From Dictyostelium fasciculatum (Eukaryota): a stretch of DNA of 64,000 nucleotides. The notes under the pieces were generated by a model. The model ran no database searches and was not told where the DNA came from. It worked only from the letters and a program-made list of their open reading frames with translations. The stretch is taken from positions 1,296,054 through 1,360,053 of the forward strand of contig NW_004457695.1 of NCBI RefSeq assembly GCF_000203815.1, written 5' to 3'. The position numbers and the translations under genes are program-made. This document shows, piece by piece, positions 1 through 12,535 of the stretch (positions are counted from its first letter, which is position 1; each line of letters opens with the position of its first letter).

Positions 1-3000
1 ACACTTTGGTAGAATACGTACTTCAAATCCATTCATGCTAAACAGTAAGTTGGGATTATCACGAGAGTAGACTGATACAAAGCTGTCCTCCCACTCGATC
101 GTTGTAAGTGAACGTGGCAGTCTATTCTTGATATTCCAAAAGACAGCCCGACCAAGATTCACGTCATGTTTCATCAGACGCATACGACAATCTCTTGGCC
201 AGCACTTTTTGTTATTATAACCAACCACATTTTCATTGTTGGGATCTGGATGCTCTGACATGTACTTTTGGATCAAATCTCTAGTTTCATCTGATGAGAA
301 CTTGAATACAACGTAGAGCTTGTCGACATAACGTTGGTAAAGACGGATAGGGTGTTTGGTCTCGGTCTCGACATCTTTGTACGTGAGGAAGGGGTTGGGA
401 AGTTGTGGAGGACCGGCAATTTCGCTGGCACGATTTAAACCAAGAATCAAGAGATCCAAAACAAGACCGTAAAACTGTACGATAAACGATGCAAATTGCA
501 AACCACGAATTAAACCAAAGTTGTTGGTATGGTTCATATCCTTGAATGCAATGACTACATTGTTCTTGCCCGACATGTAATCGGCAAGATTCTGATCGAC
601 AATAAGACGCAAGAGACGATTGAGAAGTGTGAGATCAATCTTTTCATAGACCTTGGAGAGAGTAGTTTGCATGGCAACGACACACTCGCCGTTGGCAGTC
701 TCCCAGATACCGTCGAGGTTGTTGATACCTTGACACCACTTGTGTACGAGTACTGGAGGTGGTTCATTGTCGGATGGTTTGACCCAGTTGGGGAACAACT
801 GACGCTTCTCTCCTTCGTACCACAGGTATTGATCGAGATAGGCATCGGTAATCTTTTCAAAGGGGTCGATGCTGTAGACTGGCACAAGATGTGTGTAATA
901 GTCCATAAACTCGATACCAACTTCCTTGAATGTACGCTGGGTGAGAAGGTGACGTTTGATACGTGCCAATGCCTCGTGTGGATTCTCGTACGCTTGTTCG
1001 ACGAGTACTAATTCCTCACGCTGCGACTGGTTGAGACGACTCTTGACGCTGTATGCTTCTTTGAGACGTTCGAGTGCCAATGTGAGGATCTTGATGTCGT
1101 GTTTGTACGATGTTTGGGGGAATGGGATGGCCGAGAAACGACGCTTCTCGAGCCAATGCACGACGGTCGTGTAGATGGCAACACCCTCTTCGGCAGACAC
1201 GTATGGACCGTCCTTTAAGTAATTATGTTGACGTTCCTGCTCAGCCTTGAGGTAGAGACGGGTAAGACGACCGAGATTCTTTTTGCAGACGGTCTTGTCA
1301 ACGGTAGCACCACGTTTGATACGTTCACGGTTATAGTGTGCTACATTGGTCCACCAATCGGCCTTGTTCTTGACATAACGCAAGATCATGTTCTCGATAG
1401 GGACGGGCAGGCCAGGCACCTTCCATGGGATATTGGCCTTCCAACAACGCCATGCTTCACTGAGATGTTGCAAGATGACACGTGACTTGTTGGCTTTGAT
1501 ACCTTCGGGCATCATATCCAAAATGTCGTGCATGACGGCGGCACGCAGCTCAATGTCATAGTGCGACTCGACACGCTGCTTGGTCACTGTCTTGGCCGTC
1601 GTGTTGTACTGACGACCTTCAAACTGACGTGCCAACAAATTACCCAACCAACGTTCCAATAGTGGAACGATACCTCTGAGGAAAAAGATCCATACACGCC
1701 ATGTTGGCGCCCAAAAACCGCAGCCTGGCCCCTTGGACACGGCACCCGTGTTGAAACGGTAGTAGATGAGATGCTTGAGATCCTTGCACATACGAATCTG
1801 ACGCATCAAACGGTACTTGTATCTAAACATACCTGTCAACAGACCGATATGTGAAAAGAGGTATTGCAGACCGTCGGCCAACTGGAATGCCTCGGCGGCA
1901 CCCAAACGGTACTTGACATGCGTGTCTACCACCAACTTGGTCATACGCAAAATCTCACGACACAAATGGAACGCATTTCCAAAACGACTCTTTTTACGTT
2001 CTTTGGTCGTAAGTGTCTTGATTGGTTTGAGATAAAAGTTGTAATCCAAATGTAGATAGGTCAAACTCTTACGATGAATGAGTAGATTAAGCATATTGTA
2101 ACCTTGACGACAGAGTTGGAGACCAGCTTCAACCCAATCAATCTCGGTGGTTTGGAAGAACTTGGTTGCCTTTAATGCCTTGAACAAATACTTTTTGTTG
2201 AGTGATTTGGGTGGACGGTGATGCAACTTGTTCAGTACATAACACTTGAGTAACTTTTGGTACGATACACGCACCTTGACTGGATGTTGAGATGGACATC
2301 TCTCTTGATACCACGCCTTGACGAGTGGAACATCTTCGGCACGTCTAGTCAACCCTGATCTTTGGTTGAATGGTTTGGGTGCCCAGTACAAGTTGATACC
2401 ATCCAACGTATTCTCGGTATTGACTTGTGCACTCTTGAGTAGGATAGGGTTGACATCTTCTGGCAACACAAAGTCGTCGTCTTCATCACCATAGATTGAT
2501 GCGGAACGGTCAATCTTGTAAGAGGGGATAGGGTAGAGGATTGGATCGTACTGGAATCCGACAGCTTCAGGGTTGGTCGTCTTGGTAAAACAGTTGGGTG
2601 GGTGATGGTAGTATGGAATGCTCACTTGACGTGGACGGTTGTTGTAGAGGTACGGGAATGCAATCTTGTACTCTGTTCTGATCTTGTGACGGATGATAAT
2701 CTTGCTAATATCGTTAAACTCGTTCCAATCCTCATCGTCGTCTCCCATGTCACGGAAAAGTGGCTCAAACTTTGGTCCACCCGGAATAGCCATATTCAGT
2801 GCCTTGGCAGTCAAAAAACTCTTATCATCAAACAAATAGAAATAATTTTGATCCGTCAAATCACTCAACAATGGTGATGCTAATCTATACAATGTTGACA
2901 TGATTGGTAAATCTAATCTCCATTTTCTAAAATTAAAAGTAAAAGTATGTTAATATTATATTTGATGTGTTTGTTTGTTTTAGTTTATACATACTTGTAA

Positions 3001-3748
3001 CTTGGACCATTAACAAATTTAGTATTAATTAAAGGTTTGTTATCATAGAACCAATCATAGACAGCTTTATCATCTTCAGGATCCAATTCCATTTGTACTG
3101 CATATTCAACTTCAACATCTAGAATATTGTCTGCATAGTCAAGAGGAGGCTCTTCATCATCAAAGAGTGGGAATTTGATACGCTTGAAATGCTTTCTGTC
3201 ACGTTTTTCTCTCTTCATGGTGACCCACATTGAACCCCATTGAGCGAGATACACCGGTTCAATGACCAATGGAATCTCATTGACAAAGGTAATGGCACCG
3301 GTAATGTGATACAACACCTTTACATTTCTCACCTCTTCCCAAGGCATTGGCATGTTCTCCAACAACTTGAGAATGGCGTGTGGCACGTACTTTAACGCAC
3401 CGAGATAGACACGCTTGTCATGACGAAACTTTCTATTCGACATGTCACCATGATCCTTTATAATCTTTCTCAAGTGTTCTGGTGGCATATCTTCTTTTGG
3501 TGGATCGACATAACCAAACTTTCTCTTTTCACTATATCTCTTTGAATTTATTTGTAACCATTTCTTTGCTAAATAAATATAAATAAAAGTAACAAGTATA
3601 TAGGATAATAAAAGTAGTTAGTTAGTTTATCTTCTTTCTTTGTATACCATCTATAGATATCTATCTTACCTTTCTCTTGTAATTTAGAATCATCGAGTTG
3701 ATTATTATTTTCGCTACTACTATTGTTAGAAGTAGTAGTTGAAGACAT
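1..3748 (-). CDS. prpf8: Pre-mRNA-processing-splicing factor 8 (PRP8), N-terminal ~1140 aa; partial, continues past window start. Exons (minus strand): 3670..3748, 2995..3568, <1..2926; introns 3569..3669 and 2927..2994
   Basis: Translation matches the PRP8 N-terminus almost residue for residue ([34 protein letters not shown]...PMPWEEVR...; ...SKLQEK|[32 protein letters not shown] aligns to human [41 protein letters not shown]). The ORF track only reports 2985..3488. An upstream 79-nt exon starting at ATG 3748 and a GTAAGA..TTTAG intron restore the conserved N-terminal segment. A second GTATGT..TTTTAG intron joins YK|[16 protein letters not shown]. The region downstream to position 1 is continuously coding on the minus strand. 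Confidence 0.95.
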
Positions 3749-5152
3749 TGTTATAGTTGTAGTTGTTGTTTTATATTACTCTATTGAATCAAGACAAGAG
3801 AGCAATAACACTGTACCACTACTACTACCACTACTATACTTTTGTAAATTTAATAATAGATAGATATTTGATTGTTGAAACTTCGACTGTAGTCGTTTTA
3901 GTCGTTAATAATAGATATGATGAATAAGAGAGATTATAATAAAGAAAGATTGTTGAAATCGATCGATTGATTGATTGTTGATTGATAGACTATATATTAT
4001 AAATGATATAGATCTATCTTCTCTCTCTTTCTTTCTCTCTTTTTGAATCAACTGATCAGTTTGGATCTTCACGAGCCGATTTCAGCTGATTGCTCCCACA
4101 TTATTTTATTTTTAATTTTTTTTCATTGTCTCGATTCAAGAAAACTCCCCAAAAGACCTCAATTAATAAATTATTTATTCAATATTAATATTATTATTAT
4201 TATTAAATCAAATAATATTGTTATTAATATTTGAAATGTATCTATTTAGTCATCGAGGATGTGTATTGTTGGGAGATGATGTCAGAACAAACAAATAGTG
4301 TCTGTTTGATTTTGAATAGTTTTTAGAATGCAATCGAATGTTAGGTGAGGTTCTGGAGGATTATTGGGTGAGGGTTCACAAGGTGTAAAAGGTTATACCT
4401 ATAGACAAGGCCAACGAGTGGGTATAATCGTAAAATTAAAATACCCAATCATATAGCATTATTATGATGGATTGTTATCAACAACAACTTTAATTGGTCA
4501 ATTTGTATTAAATCTCTTGCTATCTACACTGGTACAGGCCTGGAGTTTTTTAAAAATACGGCTTTTAATTTTCCATATATGGATTGTTTTATTTCCAAAT
4601 GTGAAATTCAATTTTTGACTGCCAAACAAGCACATGGAAAATGGAATTAATATTATTTTTAATTTTGAACTTTGAATACCGCGCTCTTCATCTTTCTCTC
4701 TTCTAAAGGTAGTTACCAATTCTAAAATTCTTTTGATATAATAATTCTTCCACTTCCTTGGATCTAAATTTAATTTCTAAAAAGAACCAACCATCACATC
4801 TAAAAAACAATAATAATTATATTAATACACACAATTCACCAAACACATATAGATACAAACAACAAATAATAATTATTACAACATTTCCTACAATGAAGTT
4901 CTCTTTTCTAAAATATATTAGTAAAAAGAAACCATCTGTATAAATTAATTAGTATAGCTATTATTTATTTATTTAGTTATTTATATATTTAGTTTGTTTT
5001 ATATTATTATATATATATATACAAATATACATACATACCTACATACATACAACTTAGACAACTAGTTTAGTTCAAAGTACTTTATAATACTTTATATTTT
5101 TTATATATTTTAATTTTATTTTAATTTTTTCAAGGCACTCATTTTTGTAGTC

Positions 5153-5191
5153 ATGTTTTCACCAAAATGTTCAATGAACAAAAGTAACAAC

Positions 5192-5250
<59 letters not shown>

Positions 5251-8200
5251 TAATAATAATAATAATAATGCATCTGCAACCAAAGTAGCAGAGAAAAGTC
5301 CAACCAACTTTTCATTATCGTTAAATAATAGTAATAATGCAGTACATGGTAGATCGACAACACCATCGTCACCATCTTTAAAGGGTCGACAGAGTAGTGT
5401 CGATCTTGGTCAACACAGTAAACATAGTCCGTGTCTAGGAGGTGATCCTTTGACATGTGAAATTGCAACTTCATCTACTCCTTTATTGTCTCAATCATCG
5501 AACGCCGCCACCTCTGTGACAGCAGCCGCTGAAAAGAAAAAGAAAAAGAGAAAGAAACAAAAGGTTAACTTGTGGCATTTTATCACTAGCTATCAAATCA
5601 TTGAAGGGTGTTCAATACTATTTATACTCTTTCTGATGGTTTTGTTATCGTTTGGGTTGTCAGTAAGCTACTTTTCATACACTCATTATCGACAAGAAGA
5701 AAACAAGAATATCGAAGCTGACCTTGAACGAACGACCAAACAATTGATACACAACTTTGACGTTGCCACTACAAGTGTATATTATGGTTTAAATTCCGTA
5801 AAAGTATGAAGACACACAGACATTCAAAAAACAACACAATAGATATCTTTCTTTATTATTGCAATAATTAATTCATTTTAATTAACCTTTTTGCAAATCA
5901 TCCATCCATCCTAGGGATTGTATTATACTTTGCCAACATTTAATAGAACAGAATATTTGGTATTTCGAAATATATCAATGTACAATACAAAGACTGATAT
6001 GAAGAATTGGTATTGGGTAGTTAAAGTATGGGACAAAGACCGAGAAGAATTTGAAAAGACAAATAATTTGGTCATCAAAGAATGGACTGGATCAAAGTTT
6101 GAAAGATCAGGAACTAAAGATTATTATTTCCCCATTCTTTATATTTATATGACCAATCATAAAACTGTACCTACTGAAGAAGGTTTTGATGTTTGTATCT
6201 TTAAATTTAAATATTTAAAACTCTTATTAACTATTTCTCTTCTCTTTTTCTTTCTTTTTAAATCTTAAATTTTAGGAATTAGTTGGATATGATTTACAAG
6301 GACATCAAGGATATGGAGCAACTATTGTAGATGCAATGAATAATCCTGGTATATCTTTATCATTTACTCAACCTTCATTATCAATGTATATGAATCAAAC
6401 GTCGGATATCATTCTGCTGTCTACCCCTGTATTCAAGAATGCAGTGTTTCCACTAAACGAGGAGGACAGACTAAAAGAATGTGCTGGGTTTTCAATTGGA
6501 CTATTTGTCATTGGTGACTTTATCCAACAATCTGGTGTCAATATCGATAACTTTATGGATATTGATCTCTTTATCTCGGATGCTTTTCACAATGTACTCT
6601 ATCAAAGCTCAACCTACAACCTCAAGAGAACAAACAATGTCGCAGACTCTCCACACTTTAGCGGTCGACAACGATACATCTCGACGTTTGAGTTGGCAGA
6701 CTCCAAGTTTTACTTTATCACCTTTTCGACAAAGTCATTCGAGGATATGAGCAGAACATCGTCGCCGGTATTGGTCGCCGTCATCTCGGGCGTACTCACC
6801 ATCATTGTTCTGGTCTACTTTTGGGAGCAGAAACGAAAGCGTCACTACATTGACAAGATCATGAAGGAAAAGAGTGAATTGCTCAACAAGATCCTTCCCC
6901 AAGAGGTGTCTGTCAAACTCGAAAATGGAGAGGACGTCGTAGCCGAGCGATCCAACGCAGCCTGCGTGTTTTTCCTCGATATCGCAGGGTTCACCCGGTT
7001 CTCATCGATCCATACACCCGAGCAGGTCATCCAAGTGCTCATCAAGATATTCAACATTATCGACAACCAATGTGCCGCACATGGTGTCGAAAAGATAAAG
7101 ACGATTGGAGACGCCTATATGGCAACTGTAGGCATTTCACCAAAGTCTGACGACATGAAGAAAAACACAGAGATGATGCTCGACTTTTCATTGGCCACAC
7201 TCGAAGCTATCCAGCTCGGTGTAGCCAGCCATCTCGGTCTCAAGGTGCGAATCGGTATTCATTGCGGACCTGTCATATCAGGTGTCATCTCGGGTGACTC
7301 TAAACCACACTTTGACGTGTGGGGTGACACTGTCAATGTCGCATCGCGTATGGAGTCGACCGGTCTACCCGGCTATATCCACGTATCAGACCGTGTCTAC
7401 CAGATCAGTCGCGACCACTTTGAATACTCGCACGAATGCAAAAAGATCTTTGTCAAGGGCAAGGGTGAGATGAAGACATGGTTTTTGGCCGGCAGACGTG
7501 ACCCCAACACCCCATTCAACCGAGCACTCGATCTCGGACACAGTATCGACTCCTCACCAAACTACCGCGAAATCTCTCCCCTTGCCAGTAGTATGGCTGC
7601 GGGTGCACACCACCTTCCTCATGAAATGGACTATCTCAACATTGAATCACCAACAATCAGTCCCATCAAACTAAAGTTTAATCATAATATTAGACTTGTA
7701 ACAATTGGTGATCAAGATATTATTCAAGTTTATGCACCATCTACAAGTAGTGGTAGTAGTAGTGGTAAAAGCGAGACATCAAGTAATATTAGTAATACAG
7801 ATACATTAAGTCAAATTAGTAGTAGCAGTAGTAGTGGTAGCATTATTGAACAATCTCACCGACACGAAAAGAAGATACTACCAAAGGGTGATTGGAGTGG
7901 ATACTCTGCACCTAACCTCCCTCAGGTCAAACACACATACTCCCCAATCCAACCTCTACAACTACAACAACATGGTGGATGTATGGGAGCACAAAAGATA
8001 CTTGATAATGGGTTGATATATAGTCCCGATTCATGTGCACCTGGTAACCACCCACCCACACGTAGAAACTCACATACTTTTAACCATGTACACGGATACT
8101 TTGATAGTGCCAAAGACCACGCAACACACTTTGTAGAGAACCGGTGTCAGAGAAGAGACTCAGTGCAACGAAGTTACTCACCTCATGGTCTACGTAATCC

Positions 8201-8861
8201 ATCACCTCTACAACTTTATAATTCTTCTAGTCCCGGATCACCCAAAATCATCGCACAACAACAGCAACAGCAACAACTGCAATATCAACAATTTCAACAA
8301 CAACCACCACCATTATACCATCATCATCATCACAATTATTCGACATCACCACAACATCATTCACCTAAAGTTTCACCAATGCCAATTGTACTACCACCAC
8401 CATACAATAGCAGTTTATCACCCTATCGAAGATTATCTGGTAGTGGTCCACAAGGACTGATGATTCATTCACCACCAATTGTCAACAAACCATCGACAAT
8501 GGGTGGTGGTGGACAATCCACACCTCCTGGACAATACATGTGTCCTATTCATCACCAACCCGACGAAAGACCAGGTCATCCTCACCAAGACCCAGGTCAA
8601 GAAAAGCCAATCAACAAATCATCACCTCGAGGTGGCAAACAAACACAACAACAACCTCAACGTTGTCAAATGTGTAAATTCTCTAAAAACTATTACCAGA
8701 AACTTGGAAACTCTGCCTTTTTGACATCATTTTCACCTGCCTCATTCCAACATGAATGTGATGACAACAATAATAACATACATTCTCCAGTTGGAGGATT
8801 AGCTAAAAAGAATAATCATGATGACGAAGATGAAAAAGATTGGTGGAGTGTTTCAATTTAA
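5153..8861 (+). CDS. acgA: Membrane adenylyl cyclase with an extracellular CHASE-type sensor domain and a single class-III cyclase catalytic domain (ACG-like). Exons 5153..5803, 5915..6190, 6276..8861
   Basis: Catalytic core ERSNAACVFFLDIAGFTRFSS...KIKTIGDAYMATVG...RIGIHCGPVISGVISGDSKPHFDVWGDTVNVASRMESTG carries the metal-binding Asp residues, the Asn/Arg transition-state residues, and Lys (KIKTIGD) plus Asp (FDVWG) at the substrate-specificity positions. That combination means ATP specificity and a homodimeric enzyme. Architecture: poly-Asn N-terminus, KKKKKRKKQK followed by TM1 (signal anchor), a ~330-aa extracellular domain spanning three exons, TM2 (PVLVAVISGVLTIIVLVYFW), the cyclase domain, and a long Ser/Pro/Gln-rich tail. 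Introns 5804..5914 and 6191..6275 are phase 0 with GTATGA/GTTTGT donors and AG acceptors; reading frames are continuous. Only ACG among dictyostelid cyclases has a single-TM-plus-sensor layout, so the symbol is tentative. Confidence 0.85.
5188..5271 (+). repeat. (AAT)n trinucleotide microsatellite encoding poly-Asn inside the cyclase exon 1
   Basis: About 27 consecutive AAT codons are directly visible; the antisense strand gives the poly-Tyr/poly-Leu artefact ORFs 5116..5474 in the track. Confidence 0.95.
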
Positions 8862-8991
8862 TATTAATACTAATATTAAAACAATCGACATTTTTGTAAA
8901 TTATTATATAGAATAAAATAAATTAAATTATTTATTACCCATTACATTATTTTATTATTTATTATATTAATATTTAATTAATTTGATTGAA

Positions 8992-10085
8992 TCAAGATGG
9001 AGGAATTAAATAAGTTTTGTTAAATGTTAAAATAGAGTCACGTAATCGTCTGGTTAAATCTACAATGACTTGTGGACGAAGTCGATAATGAAACCCAATT
9101 TCAACTTGAATACAGTCAATTGAATGTGCCAATGCATGATGAACAACAGTATATGCTCCGCTATAGCGAGGATGTTCCATGTGTTGATCTAGAGATGTTT
9201 TAGAGCGTGTCTCTGGTGGAGGTGGAAGACTACTACTAATATCTTTTTCTTTGGACAAAAGGTATTCAGTTGGAACACTTTCTGGAAAGATAGGTATCTC
9301 TCTTGCACGCAATCCACCAAATATACTATTGTCTCCAATGATTGCATCCACTCCATATCGTTGGAGTAGTGGTTGAACGGTTGTCATATTTTTGGTACCT
9401 CTTAGTATGTGGTCAGGACAATCAGATTGACCATGCATATCCAATAATAAACATCTACCACTCCATAATGGTTTATTGTCAGAACCATCATCAGATTGTT
9501 GTTGTTGTTGTTGTTGCCAATTGTTTTGACTAAGTTGTTTAGCCTTATTGATAAATGATATAATAGTACCATGGTATAAATCATGGTGTTGTTTCATGAC
9601 TGTATTCTCATAGGCATTCTCTGCACTACGATTAAAATCACAACATGTTCGATCTATTTTAGAGTATATAATAAATGGCCTCTTTATACTTGTAGAATGA
9701 CCAGCCATTTCATACTCCTTTTCAGCATCATTTTCTTTCCAAATTGAACAATTACAAATTGTAGAAGATTCTTCTTCTTTTTGACCATTATTATTATTAT
9801 TATTATTTACAATACTACAAGCATTACAAGCAAATGCATTCATTAAAGCTTTAGCAACCTTGTCAGTATGATCGTCGCCATGTATAACTCCTTTCTTTCT
9901 AGTTTCTACACCTTTGATTTTAGTTGATCCGCTGTGTGGAAATGTTATACTAAGTCATAACAAAGTTAGAGTATTAATAACAAGTTGATCAATCAATTCA
10001 AGATATATCTTCTTCTTATTAAACTAACCTACATTACAGGTATATTCCCTTCACAAAAATAAATGTGTTCGTCATTTTGGTACAT
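8992..10085 (-). CDS. Conserved hypothetical protein, function not recognised. Proposed exons 10033..10085 and 8992..9949, intron 9950..10032
   Basis: The 283-aa ORF 8992..9843 stays open in frame upstream to a TGA at 9955..9957 without an ATG, encoding ...ITFPHSGSTKIKGVETRKKGVIHGDDHTDKVAKAL|MNAF.... A short ATG exon (MYQNDEHIYFCEGNIPV) with a GTAGGT donor and a CTTAG acceptor joins in frame at phase 2. Amino-acid composition is balanced (KPLWSGRCLLLDMHGQSDCPD...AIIGDNSIFGGLRAREIPIFPE), so this is a real protein. I could not assign a family from memory. Confidence 0.5.
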
Positions 10086-12123
10086 TATAATATCACAACC
10101 TAATACTACTACTACTGTAATATTACAATATTTATCTATTTTAATTATTTGTACAATCAAACTATAATAATAATAGAATAATAACAATTATAAGTCGACT
10201 TGAAGTTGTTATCAAACCGCACTGCGCAGAGCACTTCGTCGATTCGTTTTTTTTTTTATTCATTTGTATATCTATCTCTATCCTTTCATTCACACAGACA
10301 CGCTTGGTAATAGAGACCATGAACCTGCTGTGATCACTCATGTTGAAAAGGCCTTTATTTTAAATTTGTAGACTCAAATTTCATTAATATTATATTATTA
10401 TTTAGACACTAGTACTAAGTTAGTTGTTTGATGACCATCACCCGGTCAAGTCTATTGATCTAGACTTGACTCTATCCTTTCACCAAAGATGTGATTGGAT
10501 GATCATCTACCTTGCGAGTATTTGCTTTCCGGTCTCTTCATGCTTGACTGTTTAGAAGGTTGCACAGGCACGCTTGGTAATAGAGCCCATGAAACTCGAT
10601 GTGATAACACTCTCTTCTTTGATAAGCTCTTATTGCGAGAATTGTCATTATGGAAGACAATTCAGCTGATTTCAGTCATCATCTGAAAACCAAATTTAAT
10701 TGAACTTTATTATTATTATCTAGTGTCTAGATTAAGATGATCGAATGAAGAAGAGGACAACTTACAAACTTACAAATTGATCACAAACCTATTCCTTCTT
10801 CTTCTTCTTCTTTTTTAACTCCCATCTTTTTCGTATCTATCTTCACCAACCCACCCACTTGCTCACTCACTCACCCTGTCACGCATACTTATTAAAGATA
10901 GATAGATAGATAGATAGGATAGGATAAATAGATATAAAGCCTACCTACCTACCTACCGACCAACATCTTTCATTCTTTTCTGATCATAAAGATCTTTATC
11001 AAATCTCATACCCTCTACAAGCAAGTCAACCCACACCACGTTCAATTTCAATCAATCATGAAAGTCATTCATGTAGGATGCTTCAAGAGAACTGACACAC
11101 CACACAACACAACACACATATATATATATACATCCCACAAAACAGATATAATATGAAGAAGTACTTGGAATGTGAGTAACTGTGGTGGGGTTCGTATGTT
11201 GTGTGTGTGTGTATGATCAGTTCGTTCATGGTATTTTACTAACAGGAGGTAACCTCTCCTCTCCTCCTACACTTACTCCTCCTCAACAACAACGTTGTCA
11301 TGTTGCTGGGTGAGGTGGGATTCATTACTGTGAAATGACAAATCAAGTAACCACAGACACATACACACAATCGGGTGGGTAGTATCATATGAAAAGAGGA
11401 GGTGCAAGTATATGGCAGATATTTGTGCCATATATCATCCACTCTCCTCTTTTCTTCTTCCCTCTTCTTTCTCTTCAATTCATCCATCCAACAGATGATG
11501 AGATGGATGAATGTAATGTGTAATACTACATTTAATTATTCGTTTGCAGCATCCATCAATCAGCCCATACCATCTGATGGATGATGATTGATGATGTTGG
11601 TGATGATGATTGTCTACTTCTAAAATTGCAATCTTTTGTTTATTGCTGTTATTGCTGCTGTTGATGATGATCATCAACAATTCCATCATCCTCCTCCTCC
11701 TCCTCCACTCTAGAATACAAATACTCTTGATTAAGAACACTTGACTCTTTTTATTATTTCTCTCTGTATCGTATTGTATCATCCTTCATCAATCGATCAA
11801 ACCCAAACACCAAACACCAACAACTGTTGTTGCAGTTGTCGATAAATTATATTTATTTTTGGATGTGTAGAGTGGAACAAACAAGAAGGATGTATTGATT
11901 GTAGGTGGCACATAATATAATATATATATATATATTATATTGCTACCTCCTTGTTTGTTTTGTTGGTCTGGTGTGTGGTATTTAATTTCTAGTTGCTGTT
12001 ATTGTTGCAGCAACGCTGTTGTTATTGTTACCATCGCCAAGTTACGACCATACGATGAGAATCATGCAGGCTGGCAGACTGGCAGGTAGTAGTAGTAGAC
12101 TGATATAATAATTTATGATCACG

Positions 12124-12155
<32 letters not shown>

Positions 12156-12535
12156 TATAGCCATCAGTACTACCAACTACTACTACTACTACTACCATCC
12201 AAATTAAATTAAATTAATTTAAATTAATAATAATTTGTATTTTGTATTTGTTTGTTTACTAAGATTCCAAATTGGCAATGTACTCTGTTTCATCAGTACG
12301 ACGACTACTCTAGAGAATAACAGAGCAGAGAAGAGAAGAGAAGAGAAGAGTACTGATTTAATTATCCAAAGTTAAGATTTCCCATCACATCATAAAATAC
12401 TAGTAAAAAAGAGAGAGTGAGACAAACAAAAAGGAACAGACAAATATATAATATCTAAAAGAAAAACACAAAAGAGAGAGAGAAAGAGTAGGATAATATA
12501 GCAGTCAAACTACTATAGCATATTTACATTCAAAA

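Noticed and set aside
529-2877. Plus-strand ORFs 529..1011, 956..1174, 1225..1485, 1817..2055 and 2602..2877
   Set aside because: They lie antisense within the continuously coding PRP8 exon. GC-rich coding sequence generates open antisense frames, and the TTG/GTG 'starts' are not real.
5116-5474. Poly-Tyr/poly-Leu ORFs 5116..5307 and 5151..5474 on the minus strand
   Set aside because: They are antisense and frame artefacts of the (AAT)n tract inside the cyclase exon 1.
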